Notes: a model not told the origin generated them from the sequence alone. 64,000 bases of DNA from an uncultured bacterium (GCA_963822585.1 CAWGIE010000035.1:160001-224000); one strand, 5' to 3'. Counted from the first letter of the stretch, positions 1 through 10,380 are shown. Program-made: numbers and translations.

Positions 1-18
1 GGCTAACTTGCTCTCCAC

Positions 19-1275
19 TTAGTCAAACTTAGTGTTTGGGGTGTGACCCTGATTTTCCGGCGACCCTGATTCTTGCTGAAATAACTTGTTTGCATTTTTT
101 TGTTTGCCGGTCGCATCGAAAAGAATCGGTTCGTTGGGCCACTGGGATTGGTCAGTAGTGATGATATCTCCGGTCAGCGTGTTTAAATAGATTGGTATAT
201 ATCGGGGATCCTCGGCGTCGATAATGAAGTACGCCCAATGTGACAACTCATCCTCTTTCGGCCGTCTCCCTGAGAGCTTCTCGATAAACTCAATGAGTCC
301 CGGGGTGTCCCAATGCAGGCGATCTCCCAAAATTCTCATGCGCAGACCCGTTGCATTGCCGTTCTTGAAAAGATTTTCAATAAATGGATGCCGAGAAACT
401 TTTTCAATAGCTGAGATAATCTGAAGAGGCGTCAAGGAAACTTCTACGCGCTTATCGTCTTCAATCGGGAACATTGCTCGCACGTGTACGGGATAATCAA
501 ACTTTATCTTCGGAGTTAATTCCGCTGACCACGCCGGCCACTCAATAGGGGGGCAAATATGAATTCCCCGGCTGACCTCTATGTCTGCAACCTCAAAGTG
601 GCGAGAAAAATCGTCCTTAAACATATTCGCATCGAACAATTCTTTCCCCTCTTTTTCCAGTTCAACTTGTTCCTCTCCAAAAATTGTCTGAAATCCCTTG
701 GCTTCTTCATCTCTACCGCTGCTAATTATTTTGCCGGTCTTATAATCGAAGTCATAAGTGGTCTTATCGATCATGACCAGATGAAAAATCCCGTCTTGAA
801 AACCATCCGGCTCAGTTTGGATTGCGGGTCGCCATTCATAATGACTTACCGAATACTCGAGCATATCGGGCTGCTTGATTAATTCCCGCACCTGGTATTC
901 CATCAGGAGTGCCCCTTGATCATAGAACGCAATTGCTAAATCGGTATGCTTCTTTTTATCGCTTGCCCAAGGGCCGAATCTAATAAAATAGCGCCCGTCC
1001 TCGGAGAGAAATCCCCCGAAGGTGTACCAACCATTCGTTTGCCAGATCTCCTCGAACTTGCCGTCTTCCGTAATCTTAAAGGCAACACCAAACGCTTCCC
1101 GCTCGACGACAGACTCCCCATCCTCTTCTCGCTGCTTAGCGGGAACCATCTTGAACAGATATTTCCCTCCCGCAGAGGTTATGACCCAAGGATAAGGTGG
1201 CGCTGGTGAATCGGCTATCGCTTGGGGCTGTATAATAAGCCAGGTCACCAATGCGATAATCGTGGGGGGCTTCAT
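19..1275 (-). CDS. Hypothetical secreted protein (cassette-like)
   Basis: ORF 19..1299; likely start MKPPTIIALVTWLIIQPQAIA (signal-peptide-like) at 1275, just after an attC-like site; C-terminus runs through a GGGGTGTGACCC junction motif. Confidence 0.7.
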   Translation of the reverse strand: MKPPTIIALVTWLIIQPQAIADSPAPPYPWVITSAGGKYLFKMVPAKQREEDGESVVEREAFGVAFKITEDGKFEEIWQTNGWYTFGGFLSEDGRYFIRFGPWASDKKKHTDLAIAFYDQGALLMEYQVRELIKQPDMLEYSVSHYEWRPAIQTEPDGFQDGIFHLVMIDKTTYDFDYKTGKIISSGRDEEAKGFQTIFGEEQVELEKEGKELFDANMFKDDFSRHFEVADIEVSRGIHICPPIEWPAWSAELTPKIKFDYPVHVRAMFPIEDDKRVEVSLTPLQIISAIEKVSRHPFIENLFKNGNATGLRMRILGDRLHWDTPGLIEFIEKLSGRRPKEDELSHWAYFIIDAEDPRYIPIYLNTLTGDIITTDQSQWPNEPILFDATGKQKNANKLFQQESGSPENQGHTPNTKFD

Positions 1276-1281
1276 CTCAGA

Positions 1282-1349
1282 TGCGAACGATAAGCTCATT
1301 CACCTGAAAACGCGTTGTGTTTTCAGATCAGGTTATCGACTGGTTGTGC
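1282..1349 (-). other. attC-like integron recombination site
   Basis: Minus strand GCACAAC...GATAA...CTGAAAAC-loop-GTTTTCAG...TTATC-GTTCGCA; imperfect hairpin ending in GTT about 10 nt before an ATG. Confidence 0.5.
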
Positions 1350-1460
1350 TTTGTTGCTGTTTGCTTTATCCAAAAAATCCTTAAGCGCTTTGAGGTTTTC
1401 CGGTGAATAAAGGCCGAATATTAACAAGCATTATAGCGGATTCTAATTATTGAATAAACC

Positions 1461-1500
1461 AAAAAAAAATCCCCGGGGGAAAGTTCCCCCGGGGATTCTT
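1461..1500. terminator. Intrinsic terminator hairpin
   Basis: AAAAAAAAATCCCCGGGGGAAAGTTCCCCCGGGGATTCTT; related copies at 13354, 34815 and 36983. Confidence 0.7.
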
Positions 1501-1509
1501 GGTATCTTT

Positions 1510-1578
1510 CACCACCCCGTGCCAAAGTCGTACGGGGGTGTCTTTCACCGCCCCGTAGCGAAGCTGCACGGGGGTGGT
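1510..1578. repeat. REP-like doublet (CCCCGTAGCGAAGCTGCACGGGG family)
   Basis: Near-identical doublet at ~34860-34930; inverted single copy near 58897-58926. Confidence 0.65.
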
Positions 1579-1905
1579 TCATTATCATTAATTGGGATGT
1601 GCCCCTGATTCTTTTATTTTATCTGTTTGATAAGTCACCACTCCCGGTTTTGCCGGGATCGGTGGAGCGATGATTTATAACTATAACAAGAGGCACCCCC
1701 CGCAATATATCCCCCTCCCCCCGCGCGGAGCGTGGGGGGAGGGGTTAGGGGAGGGGGGATTTCCTTTTTAGTTTCCAGTCATGATCCCACCCCGATTGAA
1801 TCAATCGGGGTGGTGATCTTTAATCTCATTTTTTCCGTTTCTCCCCTCAGCCTCAAGAAAAATCAGGGGCAAACCGGTCCCGGAATATTCCCCAAAAACT
1901 GTTCC

Positions 1906-4278
1906 TTACCGGGTGGCCGGGATATCTCCATTCGCGCCATAGTAAACTCGGGTCACACCCCTCACCGCCCAGAGACCGGTCGTTGGACGGAATACCCCGG
2001 TATCATCAAGGGCGTTTCCAGAGAAGTCGCCGGTCAGCGGGGTGTCGGATGACATACCAAAATAGTATCGCGTCCAGCTACGGATCGCCCACAATCCCGT
2101 TGTCGGACGGTAGATCCCGATCTGGCTCCGGAACGGCCCGGAGCCATACTCTTCCCCGCCGTACCACCGGTAAATCCCCGGCACCGGACGGTCGCCGACC
2201 GCCCCATAGTAGACCCGGCTGATCCCCCGCACCGCCCAGAGACCGGTCGCCGGCCGGAAGATCGCGATATCCGAACTCCCGTCATTATCATAGTCCCCGG
2301 GAACTGGGAGATCTCCCGAAGCCCCGAAATACAACCGGGTCAGTCCTCTCACCCGCCAGGTTCCATCTTCCCCGTTGAAGATCGCCACGTCACAGCTCCC
2401 ATCGCCATCAAAGTCTCCCGGTACCGGCAGACAGTCTTCATCCCCGAAATAGAGCCGGGTCAGATCCTTTACCGCCCACAATCCCGAAGCCTCCCGGAAG
2501 ACCGAGACGTCGGTAATCCCGTCACCGTCGTAGTCCCCGCTCACCGGAACGTCCCCGGCTTGCCCATAATATATCCTCCCAAGTTTTCGGACCGCCCAGA
2601 GTCCGGAGGCCGGGCGGAAGATCGCGATATCCGAGAGTCCGTCACCGCTATAATCACCCGACGATAAGACCAGGTATGGAGGAGTCGGATAAAGACTCGG
2701 CGTCGGCATCGGCGACGGTGTCGGAATCACGCTGGGGGAGGGAGCAACGGAAGGGGTCGGAGCAGCACTGGGCGTAAGGGTAACGGAAGGAGACGGCGTA
2801 ACCGATGGCGTTGCCGTCGGCGTTGATGAAGGAGTCGGAGACGGCGTCAGGCTCGGCGTGACCATCTTCAACCTGCTCACGAAGACGTCATAATATCCTC
2901 CTCCATACTCCGCCTGGTAGGGATTTTTAGTGGGGAAATTTACGGAGCCGGTATTCCCGATGACATAAGACCCGTCAATATCCCCCACTACGATTCCACT
3001 CCCGCCATCTTCATCACTTCCCCCGAGGTAGGTGGAAAAGGAAAGGATAGAGCCGGATGAGCCGAGCTTGCTCACGAAGGCGTCATAACCTCCGCTGTTT
3101 CCCGCCTGGTAGGGATTTTCCGTGGGAAAATTTGACGATTCGGTAGTTCCGGTAACATAAGCCTCGCCGTCCGTTTCCAGTGTGATTCCCCACCCATAAT
3201 CAGTTTTACTTCCTCCGAGGTAAGTGGAGTAGGAAAGCTCGGAGCCGGATGAGCTGAGCTTGCTCACGAAGACATCAGCACTTCCGGCATGCCTGGCCTG
3301 GTAGGGATTTTTCGTGGGAAAATTTGAGGATGAGGTGTGCCCTATGACATAGGACTCGCTGTCACTCCCCACTGTGATTCCCCCCCCATAATCGGTATTA
3401 CTTCCCCCGAGGTAGGTGGAGTAGGAAAGCCCGGAGCCGGAGGAGTCGAGCTTGCTTACGAAGGCGTCTTGACTTCCCGCATAACCCGCCTGGTAAGGAT
3501 TTTTCGTGGGAAAATTTGCGGAGTAAGTATAGCCGGTGATAAAAGCTTCGTCGCCCGTTCCCAGTATAATTCCCCCCCCGTAATCATCAGCACTTCCCCC
3601 GAGGTAGGTGGAGTAGGAAAGCTCGGAGCCGGATGATGAGAGCTTGCTCACGAAGGCGTTGGTATTTCCGCCCAACCTCTCCTGGTAGGGATTTTTCGTG
3701 GGAAAATTTGAGGATTGGGTATTCCCGATAACATAAGCCTCGCCGCCCGTCCCCAGGGTGATGCCATACCCATACTCATCATCACTTCCCCCGAGGTAGG
3801 TGGAGTAGGAAAGCTCGGAGCCGGAGGATGAGAGCTTGCTCACGAGAACGTCTTGACTTCCCGCATAACCCGCCTGGTAGGGATTTTTCGTGGGAAAATT
3901 CGAGGATTGGGTATTCCCGATAACATAAGCCTCGCCGCCCGTCCCCAGTGTGATGCCATACCCATAGTCATCATCACTTCCCCCGAGGTAGGTGGAGAAG
4001 ATTAGTTTAGAGCCGGAAGAGCCGAACTTGCTCACGAAGACATCAGCACTTCCTGCGTAACCCGCCTGGTAGGGATTTTCCGTGGGAAAATTTTCTGAAA
4101 AGGTACTTCCGGCGACATAAGCCTCGCCGCCACTCCCCACTATGATTCCCTCACCGTAATCATTGCCAATCCCCCCGAGGTAAGTGGAGTAATCCAGCGT
4201 CAGTGTCTGGGCCGGAAGCGGTCTAACATATATGACAGCCAATGAAAGTCCGAATACAATAGCAACTATCCTTTTCAT
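1906..4278 (-). CDS. Secreted SBBP-repeat beta-propeller protein with P/T/S linker and C-terminal FG-GAP-like repeats
   Basis: Signal peptide MKRIVAIVFGLS; repeated YSTYLGGS..D.G.GI..AYV.G.T.S.NFPT.NPYQ; PTPS linker; GDYxGDGxSDIAIFR repeats. Confidence 0.9.
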   Translation of the reverse strand: MKRIVAIVFGLSLAVIYVRPLPAQTLTLDYSTYLGGIGNDYGEGIIVGSGGEAYVAGSTFSENFPTENPYQAGYAGSADVFVSKFGSSGSKLIFSTYLGGSDDDYGYGITLGTGGEAYVIGNTQSSNFPTKNPYQAGYAGSQDVLVSKLSSSGSELSYSTYLGGSDDEYGYGITLGTGGEAYVIGNTQSSNFPTKNPYQERLGGNTNAFVSKLSSSGSELSYSTYLGGSADDYGGGIILGTGDEAFITGYTYSANFPTKNPYQAGYAGSQDAFVSKLDSSGSGLSYSTYLGGSNTDYGGGITVGSDSESYVIGHTSSSNFPTKNPYQARHAGSADVFVSKLSSSGSELSYSTYLGGSKTDYGWGITLETDGEAYVTGTTESSNFPTENPYQAGNSGGYDAFVSKLGSSGSILSFSTYLGGSDEDGGSGIVVGDIDGSYVIGNTGSVNFPTKNPYQAEYGGGYYDVFVSRLKMVTPSLTPSPTPSSTPTATPSVTPSPSVTLTPSAAPTPSVAPSPSVIPTPSPMPTPSLYPTPPYLVLSSGDYSGDGLSDIAIFRPASGLWAVRKLGRIYYGQAGDVPVSGDYDGDGITDVSVFREASGLWAVKDLTRLYFGDEDCLPVPGDFDGDGSCDVAIFNGEDGTWRVRGLTRLYFGASGDLPVPGDYDNDGSSDIAIFRPATGLWAVRGISRVYYGAVGDRPVPGIYRWYGGEEYGSGPFRSQIGIYRPTTGLWAIRSWTRYYFGMSSDTPLTGDFSGNALDDTGVFRPTTGLWAVRGVTRVYYGANGDIPATR

Positions 4279-4326
4279 GTCGACTTCCGCCTTCAATTAC
4301 TGGAAACAAAAAACCAGCCGAAAAAA

Positions 4327-4510
4327 ATCAGGGGCAAACCTTGACGATGGACAGATAAGGATCATTTAATGGCGAAAAACCATCGGAACCGGTCCCGTAC
4401 TATTTCGCAAAACTCGCCGCACAATACTGGTGCGTTATCGGCCTCAGGCGGATGATTATGATACGGTAAGTTATTCTAGTTTCTGTCAGCAGTCAAGGTT
4501 TGCTCCAGAT
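4327..4510. repeat. ~185-bp TIR-bounded cassette-spacer element (family A), copy 1
   Basis: ATCAGGGGCAAACCTTGAC...GTCAAGGTTTGCTCCAGAT with the conserved core CGGAACCGGTCCCG. Confidence 0.9.
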
Positions 4511-4517
4511 CATTTCC

Positions 4518-4937
4518 TTATAAGGCATCAGACCCATCTGTTTCGTGAAGAACAATGGGCAGATACTTCGCGTAACGAAAAAAATCCTTATTTTGGGTAA
4601 AGATAGCCAGACGCTTGCGCACGGCAACGGCGCAGATGAGAAAATCCGTATTGGATCCCTGAATTCCCTTGCTCCGGCACAAGTTGAAGAACCTGGCCGC
4701 CGTGACGTAATCCTCCGTAATGATTGGAATATCAGGAAAGGCGGCCAGATGAGTTTTAACTTTCTTGAACTGCGTCTCTTCTCGAATGCCGGAGAGTATC
4801 TCTTGTCGGATCGGCCCGATAATCTCAACGCGACGATCTGCAATCAGATCGCGGAGCTGTTGCGTTGATCCTAAGGCAGTCTGTTTGGCACGCCGTAGAG
4901 CGGCGGACCAGACACTAGTATCGACCAGCACCTTCAC
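4518..4937 (-). CDS. vapC: VapC-family PIN toxin
   Basis: MKVLVDTSVWS...QEILSG...TDFLI PIN acidic motifs; overlaps the antitoxin stop. Confidence 0.9.
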   Translation of the reverse strand: MKVLVDTSVWSAALRRAKQTALGSTQQLRDLIADRRVEIIGPIRQEILSGIREETQFKKVKTHLAAFPDIPIITEDYVTAARFFNLCRSKGIQGSNTDFLICAVAVRKRLAIFTQNKDFFRYAKYLPIVLHETDGSDAL

Positions 4938-5134
4938 GGCTTGGCCCTTTGCTTCTTATAGTCATAACCGGGCTCGTACACCACGGTCCCGAACAGCGAT
5001 AGAATTTTATCCTGTTCGAGATGGTGGATATACTCTGTCAATGCCTGAGTTACAGCAGCCTTCTTGGTGCGATGGCTGCCAAGTTTGACCGCCTGTGCAA
5101 TGAGCTTGTCGTCAATCTGTAGGTTAGTGGCCAT
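4934..5134 (-). CDS. vapB: VapB-family antitoxin
   Basis: MATNLQIDDKLIAQAVKLGSHRTKKAAVTQAL; GGAGG RBS; directly upstream of the PIN gene. Confidence 0.85.
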   Translation of the reverse strand: MATNLQIDDKLIAQAVKLGSHRTKKAAVTQALTEYIHHLEQDKILSLFGTVVYEPGYDYKKQRAKP

Positions 5135-5149
5135 TGAGATCACCTCCAC

Positions 5150-5183
5150 ACATAATATCACACATTAAATTGTGTGATGTCAA
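5150..5183 (-). promoter_or_regulatory. vapBC promoter with operator palindrome
   Basis: Minus-strand TTGACA overlapping the ATCACACA-N6-TGTGTGAT inverted repeat (5157-5178). Confidence 0.6.
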
Positions 5184-5518
5184 GAGTTCCTTTCAATAAT
5201 CAGATGGTGATCTCCGACCTTTAATCCATGCTGTTTCTTATTCAGTTGAAGGGGTGTTTAGACCCTGATTCTTTCAAGACCCCCGTCACTTTATGTGACG
5301 GGTGAATGAGTTCATCAGCTACCATAGAGTCTGAAAAAAAGTGTCTCCGGACCCACTCCCCGGCTCATTAGAACTTAATTTTGACTCAAAAATGGACATT
5401 CTAAACACAAAAATAGGGGGTAAAAATACTATAACATATTCCTCCCCAAGGCGTTGCTATGGCGAATCCAGAAATATTTGAATATAAACATATTAGTGTT
5501 GTCCGATGCCGCCCCTTG

Positions 5519-7798
5519 TTATTCCGCGGTAGTCGTAAAGAGAGTACCGGGTTCATATACGGATAGGGCGGTTCTTGGTCCCCTTCCCGCAATGCCGGCG
5601 TAAACTGCATGAGCGAGGGTGTGAGCGGGGGCAACGCGGATGGGGAAGACCGGCTCTCCATTAGGAATCGCTATCTCGACAACTTGTTCCTTCCGGGAAG
5701 TAGATACACGGCAGACCACATCTTCTGCGTCTCCGAACAACCGGGTTCGCTTGAAAATCCAATCATGAGTTTTATCGCTCCCGGTACTTTCTCTCTTTTT
5801 TTCCCCCCGGATCGGCCGATCAGTATCAAAATAGGGCCAGCTTCGGCTGGAGGCGAGATGGGTGGCGGCGCTTTTAACCATGAACTTCCCATCTTCATCG
5901 GGAGCCAGCTCAATCCTCAGGTTCTCGTTTCCCGCGTACCATCCATCGGCATCTCCGTCAATGAGCAGTTCCACCCAGTCGATCGGGCCCTTCATTTTGA
6001 TCAGGTAATAAAGATGTTCCCGGTCATACGCACTCTTGATGGTGAAATCCGTCTTTTGGGTGTGGAAATGGCCAAGAACGGGTAGAGATTCCCATTCATC
6101 CGCGGTTCCATCAACACGGATGTGAGCCTGCTTGAGCTGGGGCGTCCAGGGATAAATCGGATAGGGGTCGTCCGCGTCCCGGATTCCGTCGCCGTCGCTG
6201 TCCGGATTTTTAGCCTGGGGACAGGCGTATCCGCGCGAGTCCGGGGAAAGGGTTGCGCTGCCGCCCGATGCCAGCGCCCACATTTCGAGATACCCGGGGT
6301 TATATACTTTATCCCGGAAGGGGCTCCGGTAACTGGGGTGCCATTTCGCCGTCATGATTTTATGTAAGTCCGACATCCCGCTCCCGTCGGTGCTGAACAT
6401 CTTTGGATCGCTGCCGAACCTGACTTCATCAAGAGGGAGGAGGGGGTCATTGTCCGGAACACCGTCCCGGTCCCGGTCTTCGGTCACATAAATCTCGGCA
6501 AAAATGTTCCGAAGATACTGGGTATCGGTGAGCGCCCGCAGACTCCAGGAAATGCCGTCATAATCTCGTCCGTGGCTGTAGGCGGTATCCCACTTCCAGT
6601 GTTCTCCCAGGGGACAGGTATGTTTCGGAGCGTAATGACAGAAGATGAGGCGATCATTTTCAGCGGTCAGCCCGGAGAAACGATACTGGCTTTCCATCTG
6701 GTGATGAAATTCATGTGTGTTGAGCCAACTGATATCGGAACCGCCCAAAAAGGAACTGCGCCCGGGGATTGGGCCCAACGTACTTTTTTTCTGCAGCCAG
6801 GCAACACCCAATGTCCCCCCCCCGCTCCCTTGATAAAACCATTGTTTTTTCCCCGGGTCCCATTTTCTCACGCAGGCGACCACCGTCTGGCCGATAAAGA
6901 TGGTTTTGTCTTTCCATAACTCGGTAAGTTGATGACGTGAGATCCGGAGTGGATCAAAAACCTTGTATCTGGACTCCAATTCCGGCCAGTATTTATAGAT
7001 CCCGGTCGCCGGCCCGACTCGATACCAATCCGGTTTGACATAAAATTTCATATCGATCCAGTACCGCATCCGGGAATTAATGAAGTAGATAAGGGCACTC
7101 TGCCTGAATTCCCGTTTATAGGTTTCAATTTCATCTTCGGACATGGGATCTGGCTGTGATGCTCCCGGTATGATCGATTCGGCGTCAACGACGTTAGGAA
7201 TGATCAAGACCTTTATCGGAATTCGCAGAATTACCCTGGAACCGGGTTCGGCGGGGGTGATGAAAGCGTATTCGCGACGCCAGATACGAGGAACGGCGGA
7301 GAACGCCGTATCGATCTTCTCTTCCTGGGAATCCCTAAATTTGTAACCGGGATCGTAGACTCGATAAAAGTATTTTGTGGCCGGTCGAAGAGCCGTAAGC
7401 ATAATTGAATGGCGAAGAGTTTTTTCGTCTGACCCGTCGATTACCCGGCCCTTGGTCCATGCGTGCACGCAGCCGGGGGTGCCTGCAGGGTAGGTTCCTT
7501 CCCGCAGCTGGATCATGGTGGCGCAGGGCCGGCAGGTTTCCCAGTTGATTACCGCCGAGCTGGGACTCAAGAAGCTCACCGGTCGGGCATCCGGCGTGGA
7601 GACGCCGAATCCATTGGAGGGAGAGGGGGCGCTTCCGGATGTTGCGATGGTCGCCGGAAGCGTCAACCAGAGAATCGGGAGATAAAGTAACGAGTGTATA
7701 TTGTGTTTCACAGCGGTATATGGAGTAGTATCAATTTTCAATATTCCTTTTTTCAGCCCGATGATTGTCATAATAATGTCACTGCAATGTAAAACCAT
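5519..7798 (-). CDS. Secreted multidomain protein: FN3-like N-terminus, HExxH motif, DxDxDG repeats, CBM9-like C-terminus
   Basis: HSIMLTALRPATKYFYRV; THEFHHQ; DRDRDGVPD and DSDGDGIRD; VDGTADEW; exact start uncertain. Confidence 0.65.
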   Translation of the reverse strand: MVLHCSDIIMTIIGLKKGILKIDTTPYTAVKHNIHSLLYLPILWLTLPATIATSGSAPSPSNGFGVSTPDARPVSFLSPSSAVINWETCRPCATMIQLREGTYPAGTPGCVHAWTKGRVIDGSDEKTLRHSIMLTALRPATKYFYRVYDPGYKFRDSQEEKIDTAFSAVPRIWRREYAFITPAEPGSRVILRIPIKVLIIPNVVDAESIIPGASQPDPMSEDEIETYKREFRQSALIYFINSRMRYWIDMKFYVKPDWYRVGPATGIYKYWPELESRYKVFDPLRISRHQLTELWKDKTIFIGQTVVACVRKWDPGKKQWFYQGSGGGTLGVAWLQKKSTLGPIPGRSSFLGGSDISWLNTHEFHHQMESQYRFSGLTAENDRLIFCHYAPKHTCPLGEHWKWDTAYSHGRDYDGISWSLRALTDTQYLRNIFAEIYVTEDRDRDGVPDNDPLLPLDEVRFGSDPKMFSTDGSGMSDLHKIMTAKWHPSYRSPFRDKVYNPGYLEMWALASGGSATLSPDSRGYACPQAKNPDSDGDGIRDADDPYPIYPWTPQLKQAHIRVDGTADEWESLPVLGHFHTQKTDFTIKSAYDREHLYYLIKMKGPIDWVELLIDGDADGWYAGNENLRIELAPDEDGKFMVKSAATHLASSRSWPYFDTDRPIRGEKKRESTGSDKTHDWIFKRTRLFGDAEDVVCRVSTSRKEQVVEIAIPNGEPVFPIRVAPAHTLAHAVYAGIAGRGPRTALSVYEPGTLFTTTAE

Positions 7799-8286
7799 TT
7801 TATCTCATACCCGTGATTGGACATGGTCTGGTTAATATTCAGGATTGAGTACGGCGGAGGCATTATGATCCGGGGGCGCCCACGATAGCTCATTGAACGA
7901 CCTTGATGAATAGGGTGAAAGGTCCCGGGATGGATGACGGATTAGTCTATTTTCTGCCAGTAGTCGAGGTTTGGCTCTGATCATTTCTCAAGCAATAAAC
8001 AAGATCTGACCCCATCTTTTTTAGTGGATGACTATTATTGAAGAATTCGTTATAATAACTGTTCTCAACGCGGCGTTGAAACTATCTCCTCAATACAATG
8101 GAAGCCCCGGAAAAAGTCAAGCGGTTGGTGGAAGTATTCGACTCCTTCAGTGGATAATTGCATGACAATAAATTCCCGAAAATTGGCAAAAAAGTCAAAT
8201 TTCCCGCATAAATGTGCCACAGCCTGCCCCGAGGCAGCGGAGCTGCTTTTCGGGGTGGCACATTTTTTTGTAAAAGGAGGTGGGCC

Positions 8287-9072
8287 ATGGAACTCTTGAT
8301 GATCGATCGGGATAAGATCAAGGTCAAGGGGTATCGCCTTCGTTTCAAAAGCGGGGAGGCGGGCATCGATGATCTGGCCGATTCGATTAAAACCCACGGG
8401 CTCCTCTGCCCGGTCGTCGTCTCCTCGAAGAATGATTACTTTCAACTGATCGCCGGGGAACGGAGGATCTCCGCGATGGATCGGCTGGGGTGGAAGAAGA
8501 TCCCCGCCGTCGACCCGGCCAGCGCGGGCGGAGCGGATATCCTGATCAAGGGTCTGGTGGAGAACATCATCCGGCTCAACCTTTCCCCCCTGGAAAAAGC
8601 GATGGCGATGCAGGAGATTATCGAAACCTACAAGTACACCCAGGAAGAGTTGGCCGCGCAGTTGGGGATCGGTCGGACGACGGCGACTCATTACCTGCGG
8701 ATGATCCATATTCTTCATCCCCAGGTGTTGAAATACGTCCATGAAGGCAGCATCACCTTCGGCCACGCCAAGGTCCTGATGAAATTACAAGATCAAGACG
8801 AACAGCTCAAGATAGCCAACCGGATCGTCACCGAAGGGCTCACCATCATGCAGACCGCGCTCCTGGTCGATCAGGCGCGCCCGGCGAGCGAACTGACCCC
8901 GGCGGAAAAGGAGTTAAACGCCATGGAGAGGGACATCAAGAGAGTGGTGGGGCCGAAGTGGTGGAAGGGCATCTCCATCCGGCAGGGCGAAAAGAAAGAA
9001 CAACTGATGGTGGATTTCACCGACCGCAAGGGCCTGAAGGAAGTTCTTCTGAAGATAGTGGAAGCGCTCTGA
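8287..9072 (+). CDS. parB: ParB/Spo0J-family protein (orphan)
   Basis: AAAGGAGG RBS; LADSIKTHGLLCPVVV, LIAGERR, ENIIRLNLSPLE and a TQEELA HTH. Confidence 0.9.
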   Translation: MELLMIDRDKIKVKGYRLRFKSGEAGIDDLADSIKTHGLLCPVVVSSKNDYFQLIAGERRISAMDRLGWKKIPAVDPASAGGADILIKGLVENIIRLNLSPLEKAMAMQEIIETYKYTQEELAAQLGIGRTTATHYLRMIHILHPQVLKYVHEGSITFGHAKVLMKLQDQDEQLKIANRIVTEGLTIMQTALLVDQARPASELTPAEKELNAMERDIKRVVGPKWWKGISIRQGEKKEQLMVDFTDRKGLKEVLLKIVEAL

Positions 9073-9185
9073 TCAATCCGGCATTACAAAGCTGCTTTGC
9101 CCTGCCTCGTAGCGAAGTTGCATGGGAGTGGTTGATTCAGGACAAACTTTTGACGATCGACTAAAATTTGTCCGGAAATAAAATA

Positions 9186-9261
9186 CAGGATCAAACCTTG
9201 ACTATTGAAAGATAAAGATTATTTAACGGCCAAAAATTACTAGCACCACCGTCCCTAATTT
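9186..9261. repeat. Family A left half
   Basis: CAGGATCAAACCTTGACTATTGAAAGATAAAGATTATTTAACGGC. Confidence 0.75.
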
Positions 9262-9263
9262 CT

Positions 9264-9458
9264 CTATAATTCTGGAATCGGTTCGATGTGCCGGGAGATG
9301 AGCAGGCAGGAATGACCTTCTCCCGCGAATGTAATCGCCAGGGCTTTCCCTATCCCTGACTCGCCCCCGTGATGATCACGAGAGGTTTTTTGGTCATCTC
9401 TTTTTCTATGAGCTTGGTTTTCCGCTCCGCTGTCAATAGTCAAGGTTTGACCCTGATC
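9264..9458 (-). repeat. Family B: TIR end plus 5' fragment of an SDR gene, copy 1
   Basis: TIR followed by MTKKPLVIITGASQGIGKALAITFAGEGHSCLLISR (one-base indel); other copies at 10135 and 14736. Confidence 0.85.
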
Positions 9459-9567
9459 CTTTCCAGTCACTAATCGAGGTTTGCCTCTGATCTTTCCTGT
9501 TGGACTTGGCTGACCTACTCCCCCCTTAGTCAAACTTATTAATTAGGGTGTGACCCTGTACCTTTCA

Positions 9568-9861
9568 TTATTTCCCAGCTTTTTCCCATTTATCTAATAT
9601 GGCGTCAAACCTATCGGCTTGCTTTTCCTGGCGAGTCAGGAGTTCTTCATATCTGCGATTTAAACTAACTACTATTGCTTGATTCTCCAAAGCGTTGTCT
9701 ATTAGTTCTTTTGATTTAGTCTGCATCTCAGCTTGCTTGACTTCTTCATATGGCACTTGTTTGAAGGAAGTAAGCGAATAATATATCATGGCGATCACCC
9801 CTAACATTAGGACAAGTCCATTGAATCGCCATACGAACCTGAAGAATCTGTTTTCGTCCAT
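9568..9861 (-). CDS. Small membrane protein
   Basis: MDENRFFRFVWRFNGLVLMLGVIAMIYY: one TM segment then a coiled coil. Confidence 0.6.
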   Translation of the reverse strand: MDENRFFRFVWRFNGLVLMLGVIAMIYYSLTSFKQVPYEEVKQAEMQTKSKELIDNALENQAIVVSLNRRYEELLTRQEKQADRFDAILDKWEKAGK

Positions 9862-9903
9862 TAAGACCCCCGTATTCATGGTTTTATGGTTAAACAAAAT
9901 AAT

Positions 9904-9972
9904 GTCAAACCTGGACTATTGACAGATGAGGATTATTTGACGGCGAAAAACCATCGGAACCGGTTACGAAAA
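9904..9972. repeat. Family A left half
   Basis: GTCAAACCTGGACTATTGACAGATGAGGATTATTTGACGGCGAAAAACCATCGGAACCGG. Confidence 0.8.
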
Positions 9973-10134
9973 GTCACCAGGGGTTCTCCCTGTTCAGTTC
10001 ACTTGAATCCACTTTCTCGCTTTCGCGCGAAAGCGAGAAAGTGATGTCCCCTTAATATTCGATTAGTTGGGTAGATTCACCCATTTCTCCTAACGGGGCA
10101 TTAGTTATGTCCAATGTCAAGACGCGACACCCCA

Positions 10135-10279
10135 GCCTTCGCCCGCGAATGTAATCGCCAGAGCTTTTACTATTCCCTGACTCGCCCCCGTGATGATCAC
10201 GAGAGGTTTTTTGGTCATCTCTTTTTTTATGAGCTTGGTTTCCCGCTCAGCTGTCAATAGTCAAGGTTTGCCCCTGATC
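10135..10279 (-). repeat. Family B (TIR + SDR 5' fragment), copy 2
   Basis: MTKKPLVIITGASQGIVKALAITFAGEG; followed by further right-end TIR fragments to ~10385. Confidence 0.85.
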
Positions 10280-10380
10280 CTTCATCTAGTTCCTGTCAGT
10301 AATCGAGGTTTGACCCTGAATTTTATGACCCTGAATTTTAGTAGTTATTCTATTTGCTGTCAGTAGTCGAGGTTTGACCC

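Noticed and set aside
7800..9200. parS site or parA near parB
   Set aside because: No TGTTNCACGTGAAACA-like palindrome and no Walker-A gene seen
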